Shown one piece after another: positions 1 to 8,646 of a DNA stretch of 64,000 nt (position 1 is the stretch's first letter; each line of letters starts with the position of its first letter). Position numbers and translations under genes: made by a program. The notes beneath the pieces were generated by a model. That model ran no database searches and had not been told where the DNA came from. It saw nothing but the letters and a program-made list of their open reading frames with translations. Where the stretch lies: IMG/VR virus record IMGVR_UViG_3300017917_001342, positions 310,001-374,000 of that record. One strand, given 5' to 3'.

Positions 1-1131
1 TTCATCAATCCATTCTTTATTGGTTTTGATAATGCTTTTGAAGGTGTTTTCATCTTCTAGCGTTTTACGAATATACACATCTACATCGTCATTGATCAGT
101 CGAGTTTTGCTCTGACTGTCAAAGTTAGGTGCATGCATTACAGTTACGTTGTATATCAGTAAACCGTCAGCTACGTCACTGCGGTTAGGTGTTAGCCCGC
201 GGCGTTTGCTTTCGCGCTCTAGTCCTTTGATAAGACCGCTGTAAAACAATCGTTTGAATGTGTCAATGTGCTGTCCGCCGTTGAATGCAGGAATGTCATT
301 AACAGTAGTATGCAGATATTCACCATCGTCTGCAAAATTTGGTACCAAGTAGTAGCTGCTGTTGAAGTTTTTGTCCTTAACAACAATTTCAATCACACGC
401 TTGTTATCAAAGAATGTTTTTGCAACAGTTGGTTTGACTACTATGCGACTGTCGTTGAAATAAAACTTGATCTTAGGATGGTTAGCAGCAATCTCGGTTA
501 TACGAGCCTTGACAAATGCCAATGGCAAATTGATCTTCTTGAACACAGTTTTGCTGAGTTTAAAAGTCACAGTAGTACCGCTTTTCGCAGCACTTTTTGT
601 AATCTTAGGTTCGCGAATATCAAGTTCGTCAATTGCAGCATTGCCTTCGTTAAACGTCTGTTGGAAACGCTGTCCGTCTCTAACAATGTCTAACATGAAG
701 TATTCGCTACAACTTACCACTGTGCTGGCACCGATACCGTTGGTGCCGCGCACTTCTTCTCTTACACCAAAGTTACGTCCAGCTCTTGCCTGTGTAAGAG
801 CGATCGTTGCTTTGTGCATACGTTCGTTTTCATCCCAGTCAATTGGAATACCGCGACCATCATCGGACACTGTGAATTCCATAGTTTTGGGATCATACTT
901 TACATCAACGCGACTGCCATGCCCATGACCAATGACTTCGTCAAGTGCGTTGTCGAGTATTTCGCGGAATGCGCAATACACAGCAGGGGTCCATGTCATT
1001 TCAACTGGCTTGAGTTCTTTGCCATCCCAATTGACAATGGTCTGCGTATGCGGACTGCGACTACCCAAGTACATTTCTGTACGTAGTCTATGATGTTGAT
1101 AATCTGTGAGTTTTTGAATATTTTCTGTCAT
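1..1131 (-). CDS. gp39: DNA topoisomerase II large (ATPase, GyrB/T4 gp39-like) subunit, 3'-truncated by the window edge
   Basis: Not in the ORF track; manually translated MTENIQKLTDYQHHRLRTEMYLGS...AFREILDNALDE...VSDDGRGIP...GTNGIGAS, which carries the GHKL ATPase motifs of type II topoisomerases. The frame is open to base 1. Confidence 0.9.
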   Translation of the reverse strand, partial: MTENIQKLTDYQHHRLRTEMYLGSRSPHTQTIVNWDGKELKPVEMTWTPAVYCAFREILDNALDEVIGHGHGSRVDVKYDPKTMEFTVSDDGRGIPIDWDENERMHKATIALTQARAGRNFGVREEVRGTNGIGASTVVSCSEYFMLDIVRDGQRFQQTFNEGNAAIDELDIREPKITKSAAKSGTTVTFKLSKTVFKKINLPLAFVKARITEIAANHPKIKFYFNDSRIVVKPTVAKTFFDNKRVIEIVVKDKNFNSSYYLVPNFADDGEYLHTTVNDIPAFNGGQHIDTFKRLFYSGLIKGLERESKRRGLTPNRSDVADGLLIYNVTVMHAPNFDSQSKTRLINDDVDVYIRKTLEDENTFKSIIKTNKEWIDE

Positions 1132-1140
1132 CGTGTGTTA

Positions 1141-1169
1141 GTTATACAAGAAACGACTGCGTTGAACAA
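1141..1169 (-). promoter_or_regulatory. sigma70-like promoter upstream of the topoisomerase gene
   Basis: TTGTTC-N17-TATAAC, about 10 nt upstream of the ATG. Confidence 0.4.
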
Positions 1170-1381
1170 GAGTTTTTATTTTCATATGCTTAAAACAATG
1201 AAATCGGAATGTATTTTTACATCCCGACTCACTGTATTCGTTTATAATATAATAATTTAGAGTCTGACAAATTCAACGCCTTCGGCGTGGCTTGGCAGTA
1301 ATATAATAATTTATCTTGACGGGTACTTTATATTTACTAGTCTTGATAGGTATGTAGTTAATATGTTATCATCATTGGTGT

Positions 1382-1718
1382 AGTAAAACGGCAGTTTGAT
1401 TCTGTTTCCAAGTCCAAACTGCCAAAAACTCATTTACGCTGCGAGAGCGTAAGAAGGTGCAACGTTATCGTTTGCAACTGTTGATTTTCTTGCGTTAACC
1501 GAGCTTGCGCCGGGCAACTCCACTCACATAGTCCGCCTGTCGATCCTATTTCGAGCCCATCAAGAATACACACCGTGATCTAAGGCCGGAATTCCCGCCC
1601 CTTGACGTATCGAAGTCGCTGTCCAGTTTCCCGAACTATTTCGATACATGTGTACTCTTGGTGGACCCGCTGGGTACCGCCCCCAGGTCCAGAACGTGTT
1701 CCGTTTGCTTCAACGTTA
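1382..1718 (-). ncRNA. ssrA: tmRNA, circularly permuted two-piece form: acceptor piece ~1718-1659, intervening segment 1658-1559, coding piece 1558-~1382
   Basis: Acceptor piece ends CTGGG-GGCGGTA-CCCAG-CGGGTCC-ACCA. Coding piece starts GGGCTCG-AAATAGGATCGAC. The acceptor stem GGGCTCG/CGGGTCC has G3:U70 and an A discriminator. Tag frame 1475-1434 reads ANDNVAPSYALAA*. Outer ends are approximate. Confidence 0.93.
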
Positions 1719-1723
1719 CAGTG

Positions 1724-1731
1724 TATTTATA
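1724..1731 (-). promoter_or_regulatory. T4-like late promoter (TATAAATA) driving the tmRNA precursor
   Basis: Exact TATAAATA just upstream of the acceptor piece. Confidence 0.65.
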
Positions 1732-1862
1732 GCTTCACTTTTTTGGTTTGTCAACTGGTGTTTTTTCTAACTTCTTGTCTTGCTTAGTCTGTTCTTCTAA
1801 ACATTCTGGACAAAATTCTGAACCGTATTCTGCACAATCTTTACAATGGTCTTTTTCTTTTT

Positions 1863-2078
1863 TCATAGTGCGGCCTTACGCTTTTCTATCATAAATGCAG
1901 TTGCACAAGCAGGACCACAAAATCCTGCTTGATACTCAGTTAAATGGTATAATGGCGCATAATAAGATCGTTTACTAACATCGAATGTATGTAACATTGT
2001 AGTAGTAGGATTGCCGCAGTGACTACAGGCCTGTCCTTCCGACCATACCATTACATCAGTTCGAGGTGTCGTAAACAT
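1863..2078 (-). CDS. small hypothetical protein with a possible Zn-binding Cys cluster
   Basis: CSHC...CGPAC; start overlaps the stop of the upstream gene. Confidence 0.6.
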   Translation of the reverse strand: MFTTPRTDVMVWSEGQACSHCGNPTTTMLHTFDVSKRSYYAPLYHLTEYQAGFCGPACATAFMIEKRKAAL

Positions 2079-2416
2079 TATCTAACTAGTCCAGTCTGTC
2101 TAGCACTTGGTACTGCTAATCCAGTTGTGTTGGTGATATAGCTGTTTTTTGCGTTTTCTTCTGACAGTGTGATAGTAATCACATGCTGCATACTGATTTT
2201 GAGTTTGGCATCAGGTTGGCCGCTAAACAAGAATGTTGGCAACATTTGCAATTGATATTGCTGTGTTTGCGGATCAACACCTAGTGTAAGTACCAATGGT
2301 TTGGTAATGGTAATTGAATCACTTGTAGAATCAACTACTTTTGCAACAACTTCGTCGCCTGTGACCATTTTTATGGTACAAACGTCATCATTTTTCCATG
2401 ATCGTTCTAATAGCAT
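2078..2416 (-). CDS. hypothetical protein, possible Sm-like fold
   Basis: TIKMVTGDEVVAKV...ITITKPL pattern recalled from small T4-like phage proteins with an Sm-like fold. Confidence 0.5.
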   Translation of the reverse strand: MLLERSWKNDDVCTIKMVTGDEVVAKVVDSTSDSITITKPLVLTLGVDPQTQQYQLQMLPTFLFSGQPDAKLKISMQHVITITLSEENAKNSYITNTTGLAVPSARQTGLVR

Positions 2417-2468
2417 ATGGTTCTCCTATATTGCTTTAGTGTGCAATACTATTGGATATTATGCAAGA

Positions 2469-3404
2469 TCAAATTAATGGTTTGTCATATTCAGCAGGAA
2501 CAGGCCATGCTCTTCCTACAAACGAAACATCACTTAAACTATATTTTGAAGTAGTTACAGACTGACCTTGGTTACCACCAGTGCAGTATAAAATACCATT
2601 ATCAATATAACGTATAAATGACACATGACTAAAGCTAAACCATACAACGTCATTTCTGCGCCACGATGCTACGTCTCTTACATTCATTCTAGTACAATCC
2701 CAGCTTTGAGAATAGGCTTTAGAAGCTAGACTATTGAGATAATTTGTACCAGATGCTTTTAACACAAGACCAACAAATGCAGCACACCACGGAACTTGGT
2801 CGCCAGGCTGGCGGGCACCCGGACCAGGATATGCACGATCAAGAACATCTTTTGGATATCCTACCTGTAAAAATGCATTCATGATATTTGGATTAGATGG
2901 ATAATTTGGCGCAACTGATCCTGCTGGAGTCTGTTCTCTCCATGCACCAGATTCTGCTTCTTTCAAGCACTGATTAAGATAATTTTCGACTCGACCCCAA
3001 ACAGTGTCACCTGGTGCTAATTGTATAGGGCTTCCTAAATTTTCTGGGTTACCAACCGGGTCGTTAGGATCACCTGTTCCATTGGGAATAGCATCGCCGC
3101 CGATAGTAGAAACAGTTTGTCCTGCATAATCGCCTGCAACACTTTGAGAAACATAGGGGTTTAATGCTGCAAACTGTTGTGTTGCAGCATAATTGTCTTT
3201 TTGACTTTGATTTGGTGCATAATCATCAACTGGTGGTGCAGCTGGCATTGACAATGCACTAAGTGAGCTATTGCCAGTGACTGCTTCCTTCCATAATGCC
3301 ACAGGTACGTTATTGATAAACACGTTTGGACTGCTATAAACATCCTTGACACCTGGATCAATAACGTTTAACGCTTGCGGTACACTGCGTCTTATATATG
3401 GCAT
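2469..3404 (-). CDS. virion-associated peptidoglycan amidase (TIGR02594/NlpC-P60/CHAP-like) with a PAAR-like N-terminus
   Basis: N-term SSPNVFINNVPVA resembles PAAR; C-term VPWCAAFVG...SHVSF...GGNQ gives a Cys-His catalytic pair. Confidence 0.7.
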   Translation of the reverse strand: MPYIRRSVPQALNVIDPGVKDVYSSPNVFINNVPVALWKEAVTGNSSLSALSMPAAPPVDDYAPNQSQKDNYAATQQFAALNPYVSQSVAGDYAGQTVSTIGGDAIPNGTGDPNDPVGNPENLGSPIQLAPGDTVWGRVENYLNQCLKEAESGAWREQTPAGSVAPNYPSNPNIMNAFLQVGYPKDVLDRAYPGPGARQPGDQVPWCAAFVGLVLKASGTNYLNSLASKAYSQSWDCTRMNVRDVASWRRNDVVWFSFSHVSFIRYIDNGILYCTGGNQGQSVTTSKYSLSDVSFVGRAWPVPAEYDKPLI

Positions 3405-3423
3405 CGGCTAACTCCTACAACAA

Positions 3424-3699
3424 TTACTTATTGTTGGAATTTTGCAAATATACCACTAATTGATCATGGCCGCCTATATATTCACCGTCTAACCAAATCT
3501 GTGGTACAGTGCGAGCGTTTGGTGCTGCTTCTAGCAGTGCTTCTCTAGTGGTCCAACTTTGATTTTCATGTAGATTCCTATTGTCTGGGCCGTTTACAGC
3601 TATGATTTTTTCTTCATAGGAAATATTTCTACTACTCATTAGGTTTTTTGCCCTTATGCAATATGGGCAATTGTCTTTTGTATATATTATTGCATGCAT
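3424..3699 (-). CDS. glutaredoxin
   Basis: CPYC active site, TVPQI and YIGG motifs; adjacent to nrdAB. Confidence 0.93.
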   Translation of the reverse strand: MHAIIYTKDNCPYCIRAKNLMSSRNISYEEKIIAVNGPDNRNLHENQSWTTREALLEAAPNARTVPQIWLDGEYIGGHDQLVVYLQNSNNK

Positions 3700-3713
3700 C
3701 TGTTAAATTCCTT

Positions 3714-4403
3714 TTACTCATTATGTTTACGGTGTACAAGTGTGCCGTTTTCATCAACATCTATCCACACTGCATCAGGTGGTATTGGTAAGCCGGCGTG
3801 TTTATAGTGCCATGCCCATTTTGTTACATATGCAACAGTTGGTTCGTCGCATCGTACAATGTTAAGTCCGCATTTAAACATAGCTTTTGCAAAATGCCTA
3901 TCACTCCATAGACGCTGAGTTGGATCAACAACCCACGTGGTCATAAGGTGCATAGCTTTGCTAGTAACAAACCAACTATTAGTATCTACCATATTTTCGC
4001 CATTGCTTTCTACCCTGTCAACATACATAGGAGTACAATCTTGCGAATAAATGGTCCTTGTAGCAACTACAGCAGCGGCCTTACTGTCTTCAATAACTTT
4101 TACCATTGTGTCTATGTGATGTGGTTCGTACCAATTGTCGGCATCAAGAAACGCAACTGCATCATAGCCTCGACTAAATGCACTAAGCGCACCCAATGCT
4201 CTAGGTGTAGCGCCTGCATCATTGTGTGAATGAGGTAAAACCATGTGTTCAGCAAACCTATAAAGTGGATCCAATTGTTTTGGATGGCCGTCTGCTACCA
4301 TAATGTGTGTAACAGGATATGTTTGCGAATTGACACTAGACATGCAGCGGTTAAGCTGCATGTCTGTTTCTTTATAGTAAGGTGTAACTACTGCTATTCT
4401 CAT
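3714..4403 (-). CDS. glycosyltransferase family 2 (GT-A)
   Basis: AVVTPYY...VADG...FLDADNW (DxD). Confidence 0.85.
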   Translation of the reverse strand: MRIAVVTPYYKETDMQLNRCMSSVNSQTYPVTHIMVADGHPKQLDPLYRFAEHMVLPHSHNDAGATPRALGALSAFSRGYDAVAFLDADNWYEPHHIDTMVKVIEDSKAAAVVATRTIYSQDCTPMYVDRVESNGENMVDTNSWFVTSKAMHLMTTWVVDPTQRLWSDRHFAKAMFKCGLNIVRCDEPTVAYVTKWAWHYKHAGLPIPPDAVWIDVDENGTLVHRKHNE

Positions 4404-5530
4404 TACAAAACAAAGTCTTTAAAACTATTAGCATCGAGGTCTTGTTTGATACCACCACTTACGTAACTGGTAATTTCAGTTTCTTGCGGCGCAACCTGTA
4501 CATCAGCATTTGATATCCACTTTTGCGTCCACGGCAACGGATTGCTACCACCCTTGTATCGCTGAGGTAGTCCTACTGCGGCCATACGTTTTGCTGCAAT
4601 ATGTTCTACATACTCTGATAGTAATTGATGATTGAGTCCGATCATGCTACCACCTTTGAACAGATATTCAGCCCAACGCTTTTCCTGTTCAACTGCATCT
4701 TCGAAAAGTTTGATAGCCATAGGCTGGCATTCAATTTCAATCTTAGCGTAATCAGGATCGTCCTTTGGCAGCAGCTTGAGCAGTGTCTGTGTACTAGCTA
4801 GATGCAGATTTTCATCGCGACAGATGAATTTGATAATCTTTGCATTGCCTTCCATCTTTTTCAATTCAGCAAATGCCCAGCTACATGCAAAGCTAACATA
4901 GAAACGAACACCTTCAAGGATGTTTACACTCATCAGTGCTAGCCACAGTTTCTTCTTCATTTCGTAAAGATCAACTGTGATCGTTTTTCCATTTACAGTG
5001 TGTGTACCTTCGCCTAGCATATTGTACCAATTGATAAGTTCAATTAGTTCATCGTAGTTCTTAGAGATATCATCAGCACAGTCAACGATCTCTTGAATGT
5101 CCATCATTTCATCAAAGATTTTACTTGGATTTGCATAGACATTTCTAATGATATGAGTGTAGCTACGACTATGAATAGTTTCACTAAATGTCCAAGTTGT
5201 GATCCAATTTTCAAGTTCTGGTAGACTGCAAATTGGACCAAATGCTACACTAGGTGCCCGACCCTGCACACTGTCTAGTAGAATTTGACGCTTGAGGTTA
5301 CTGGTGAAAATATGCTGTTCGTGTTCGGTTAAATCTTTAAAGTCTTTTGCATCACGCAGAATATCAACTTCTGTTGGTAGCCAGAAGAAGCCCAGCTGAC
5401 TTTCGGTTAGTTTATCAAAAGTCTTGTACTTCATAGTATCATAGCGTTGAATAGTGACACCGCCATTGGGATCAAGAAATGCAAGGCTCTTAGTGTGGTC
5501 GGAACGGTTAGTAACGTCAAAAACGCTCAT
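4403..5530 (-). CDS. nrdB: ribonucleotide reductase class Ia beta subunit
   Basis: FW.PTEV, LLDSVQGR, ETIHSRSYTH, LEGVRFYVSF and RDENLH di-iron ligands; C-term QETEITSY. Confidence 0.97.
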   Translation of the reverse strand: MSVFDVTNRSDHTKSLAFLDPNGGVTIQRYDTMKYKTFDKLTESQLGFFWLPTEVDILRDAKDFKDLTEHEQHIFTSNLKRQILLDSVQGRAPSVAFGPICSLPELENWITTWTFSETIHSRSYTHIIRNVYANPSKIFDEMMDIQEIVDCADDISKNYDELIELINWYNMLGEGTHTVNGKTITVDLYEMKKKLWLALMSVNILEGVRFYVSFACSWAFAELKKMEGNAKIIKFICRDENLHLASTQTLLKLLPKDDPDYAKIEIECQPMAIKLFEDAVEQEKRWAEYLFKGGSMIGLNHQLLSEYVEHIAAKRMAAVGLPQRYKGGSNPLPWTQKWISNADVQVAPQETEITSYVSGGIKQDLDANSFKDFVL

Positions 5531-5554
5531 TTAAAATCCTCTTTAATGTAAGTT

Positions 5555-5583
5555 ATTATGCCGAATAGTTTGTCAGTTGCCAA
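5555..5583 (-). promoter_or_regulatory. sigma70-like promoter between nrdA and nrdB
   Basis: TTGGCA-N17-CATAAT. Confidence 0.45.
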
Positions 5584-5588
5584 CCATC

Positions 5589-7916
5589 TTAGATGGTACA
5601 GCTTTCACAATTTGCATCATCTAGCGAACCACTTGGTAAGTCAACTTCCAACATCTTGTTTACATTCACTTCTTCTTGTCCGTCAAATGTATTGAAGTAG
5701 TAAAGCTGTTTGCCGCCGTACTTATAGAACATCAATACATGCTTGATCAGTTCAGTAAGTGGAATCTTAGTATCTGGATAATGTTGTGGGTTGTAACTGG
5801 TGTTAACACTGATACCTTGATCTACATATTTTTGTAGAACTCCGCAAATTTTAAGATAGCCTTCAGGTGTTTTTTGATCCCATAGCAATTCATACTTGTT
5901 TTTCAAACGACGGAATTCTGGTACAACCTGCTTGAGTACACCATGTTTGCTAGTCTTTACAGAAACATAGCTGCGCGGTGGCTCAATGCCGTTGGTTGCG
6001 TTTGCAATCTGCGCACTGGTTTCGCTAGGCATAATTGCCATTAGTGTACTATTGCGAATTCCCACTACTTTGAGATCTTCACGAAGTTCTTCCCATGGCA
6101 TGCGTTCTTGATGCGATACCAGTTCGTCGACATCGCGCTTGCGAGTATCGATTGGCAATATGCCACGACCGTATTTGGTTTCGTTACTCTTAGGACATGC
6201 ACCTTTGGTTCTGGCAAGGTCAACACTGGCTTTGATTAGGTAATAGCTCATTGCTTCCATGTATTCGTCAACCAGTGCTAATGCAGCAGGATCACTATAA
6301 CTGAGATTGTTCTTAGCTAGCCAATAGGCAAAGTTAATGATACCAACACCGAGTGGTCGACGGTTCATTGTGCTGATTTTGCCGGCCATAACAGGATAAT
6401 CTTGATAATCAAGTAGATTGTCAAGCGCCATTACTGCTAGTTTGCAAGGCTTTTCAAAGTCAGCAGGGCTCTTAATATTACCCCAATTGATTGCACTTAG
6501 AGTACAAAGGCTAATTTCGCCTTCTGTATCATTAATGTTGTTGAGCGGTTTAGTTGGCAAATCAATTTCAGCACAGAGATTACTCTGACGGATCGGCGCA
6601 ACGCTTTCGATAAATGATCCATGCATATTTGCATTGTCAACATTTTGTAGATAGATACGACCGGTGTTTTTGCGTTCTTCTATGAAGCTGCTGAATAGTT
6701 CAATGGCTGGTATGGTTTTCTTTCGAATCTTCTTATTTTTCTCTGCGTTTTCATAGAGTTCTCTAAACAACTCTTGGTCTGCAAAGAATGCATCATATAG
6801 ACCAGGAACGTCGTTTGGTGAGAACAGTGTAATATCGCGTCCTGTTGTCAAACGTTCGTAAAACAGTTTATTAAATTGTACGCCATAGTCCATATGACGA
6901 ACGCGATTGTCTTCTGTACCACGATTGTTTTTTAGCACAAGCAGGTCTTCTATTTCGTAATGCCATATTGGGAAATACAATGTTGCTGCGCCATTGCGAA
7001 CTCCGCCTTGACTGCAACTACGCACAGCAGCTTGGAACATTTTATAAAAACTGATAACACCGGTATGACTTGCATCACCGTTGCGTATCTGACTGCCGAT
7101 GGCGCGAATACTGCCGCCACCGATACCAATACCTGCTTTTTGGCTAACGTACTTTACAATAGCACTGGTAGTCGCATTGATACTGTCTAGACTATCGCCT
7201 GTTTCAATTAATACGCATGAACTAAACTGTCGCTGTGGTGTACGAACGCCTGACATGATTGGTGTTGGCAAACTGATGTCATGCTTACTAATTGCATCGT
7301 AGTAGTCTTTTACAATTTGCATACGAGTGTTGCGGTCATGGTTGATAAACAGTGTTGCAGCGATCAACGCATAGGCTATTTGCGGAGTTTCTTTAATTTC
7401 ACCGGTGACACGGTTTTGTACCAAATACTTGCCGCGCATCTGTTCCATTGCAACATAGGTAAGAGCCATATCCCTGTCGTGATCGATGAAACGGTTGATT
7501 TGTTCCCATTCACTATCGCTATACTTTTCAAGTAATTCTTTATCGTAAAAACCGTCTTGTGTATTCTTAACAACAAGATCTTTGATATGCCAAGGTTGAT
7601 ACTGCCCGTATACGTCTTTTCTAAGATGGTAGTTAACTAGTCTGCCTGCTACATATTGATAGTTTGGAGTTTCTTCACTGATGAGATCAGCAGCAGCTTT
7701 GATCAGTGTTTCTTGCATTGTAACAGTTTTGATGTTTTGATAGAACTGTATTTGGCTGCGAATTTCAACTTCGCTTGCACTTACACCGCTAATGCCTTCA
7801 GTTGCCCAAAACACAACTTTGTGCATTTTATCAAGATCTAACGGTTCTCGACGACCGTCTCGTTTCGTAACCATAATATCTGGTCGATGTGTTGCTGCCA
7901 TAATCTGTATCTCCAT
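5589..7916 (-). CDS. nrdA: ribonucleotide reductase class Ia alpha subunit with ATP-cone
   Basis: VTKRDG ATP-cone, PTPIM, SSCVL, SNLCAEI, C-terminal CESCTI; no intein-sized insert. Confidence 0.97.
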   Translation of the reverse strand: MEIQIMAATHRPDIMVTKRDGRREPLDLDKMHKVVFWATEGISGVSASEVEIRSQIQFYQNIKTVTMQETLIKAAADLISEETPNYQYVAGRLVNYHLRKDVYGQYQPWHIKDLVVKNTQDGFYDKELLEKYSDSEWEQINRFIDHDRDMALTYVAMEQMRGKYLVQNRVTGEIKETPQIAYALIAATLFINHDRNTRMQIVKDYYDAISKHDISLPTPIMSGVRTPQRQFSSCVLIETGDSLDSINATTSAIVKYVSQKAGIGIGGGSIRAIGSQIRNGDASHTGVISFYKMFQAAVRSCSQGGVRNGAATLYFPIWHYEIEDLLVLKNNRGTEDNRVRHMDYGVQFNKLFYERLTTGRDITLFSPNDVPGLYDAFFADQELFRELYENAEKNKKIRKKTIPAIELFSSFIEERKNTGRIYLQNVDNANMHGSFIESVAPIRQSNLCAEIDLPTKPLNNINDTEGEISLCTLSAINWGNIKSPADFEKPCKLAVMALDNLLDYQDYPVMAGKISTMNRRPLGVGIINFAYWLAKNNLSYSDPAALALVDEYMEAMSYYLIKASVDLARTKGACPKSNETKYGRGILPIDTRKRDVDELVSHQERMPWEELREDLKVVGIRNSTLMAIMPSETSAQIANATNGIEPPRSYVSVKTSKHGVLKQVVPEFRRLKNKYELLWDQKTPEGYLKICGVLQKYVDQGISVNTSYNPQHYPDTKIPLTELIKHVLMFYKYGGKQLYYFNTFDGQEEVNVNKMLEVDLPSGSLDDANCESCTI

Positions 7917-7994
7917 TCTTACTATTTTTGTATCGGCGTTCGCTTGGCTAGCGATGGTTTATTTAAGACTTTAAAAATTCCAAAAGCAATGCAG

Positions 7995-8019
7995 TAGACG
8001 CAACACAGTGTTGCATCTA
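7995..8019 (-). terminator. hairpin, possible terminator, between ORF 8122-8634 and nrdA
   Basis: TAGATGCAAC-N5-GTTGCGTCTA stem. Confidence 0.4.
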
Positions 8020-8121
8020 TTAAAGCTATATCACTACGTTAACGATGCAGAGTGTTGCTGTTAACGTATTGAAAATTATTATCTATTTTTTGCGTTTGAC
8101 AGTAATTTAAGGTACAACTGA

Positions 8122-8634
8122 TCAGCATGTGTAATTGCTTTCCATCCATGATTGTGTTTCCTCAATTTGTCGTAGGCTAGAATTATAATTATACATCTGG
8201 CGATATTCTAAGTCACTCTCGTTGTCAAAATTTGACAAAATTCCGTGACGTAGACCTAGTAACCATTTGTTGTCAACAACACATACTAGTTGTTCTGTGC
8301 TGTATTTTCTATTAATAACCACCGCTAGTGATAAACGATTGCCAGACCATCTGCGATCGTCAGAATACAATAATGTATAGAACATACATAGACTAATAGT
8401 GTTAACGTCAAAGTCTTTGTTTTCGATTAACTCCCAGGGATCAGACCAAGTTGAACAATCTGTGTAGTCGATAACACGTTCACTGAGTGGTGCAGATTTC
8501 CACCAGTCGATTACAAGTTTAAATTGTTGTTCGTCGGTCAAATCAGTAGTAAGACTTTTGCGCAGTTCTCGCCATTGATGTCGCAGTTCTGTAGGATGTA
8601 GAAGGAAATGATTGTGCATAGGTATTGGTTGCAC
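8122..8634 (-). CDS. hypothetical protein
   Basis: 170-aa ORF co-oriented in the operon; WSDPWELI motif; no assignable function. Confidence 0.65.
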   Translation of the reverse strand: MQPIPMHNHFLLHPTELRHQWRELRKSLTTDLTDEQQFKLVIDWWKSAPLSERVIDYTDCSTWSDPWELIENKDFDVNTISLCMFYTLLYSDDRRWSGNRLSLAVVINRKYSTEQLVCVVDNKWLLGLRHGILSNFDNESDLEYRQMYNYNSSLRQIEETQSWMESNYTC

Positions 8635-8646
8635 CCCTCCAGGTTA

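Noticed and set aside
268-1086. Three plus-strand ORFs (268-693, 467-928, 814-1086)
   Set aside because: They are shadows of the minus-strand topoisomerase frame. The same applies to most plus-strand ORFs between 3 and 51 kb that overlap recognisable minus-strand genes.
1607-1647. SRP-RNA-like look of the GAAA hairpin in the intervening segment
   Set aside because: It lacks a convincing CAGG/AGCAG internal loop; the resemblance is superficial without a model search.
1659-1700. tRNA-Ala-like 3' half ending in CCA
   Set aside because: There is no anticodon arm or contiguous 5' half; it is the acceptor piece of the permuted tmRNA.
1602-1787. 61-aa plus-strand ORF
   Set aside because: It lies antisense to the tmRNA gene and has no RBS or protein motif.
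7920-8060. NrdR box upstream of nrdA
   Set aside because: No good match to the palindromic consensus; only a hairpin and a late-promoter-like TAAATA are present.
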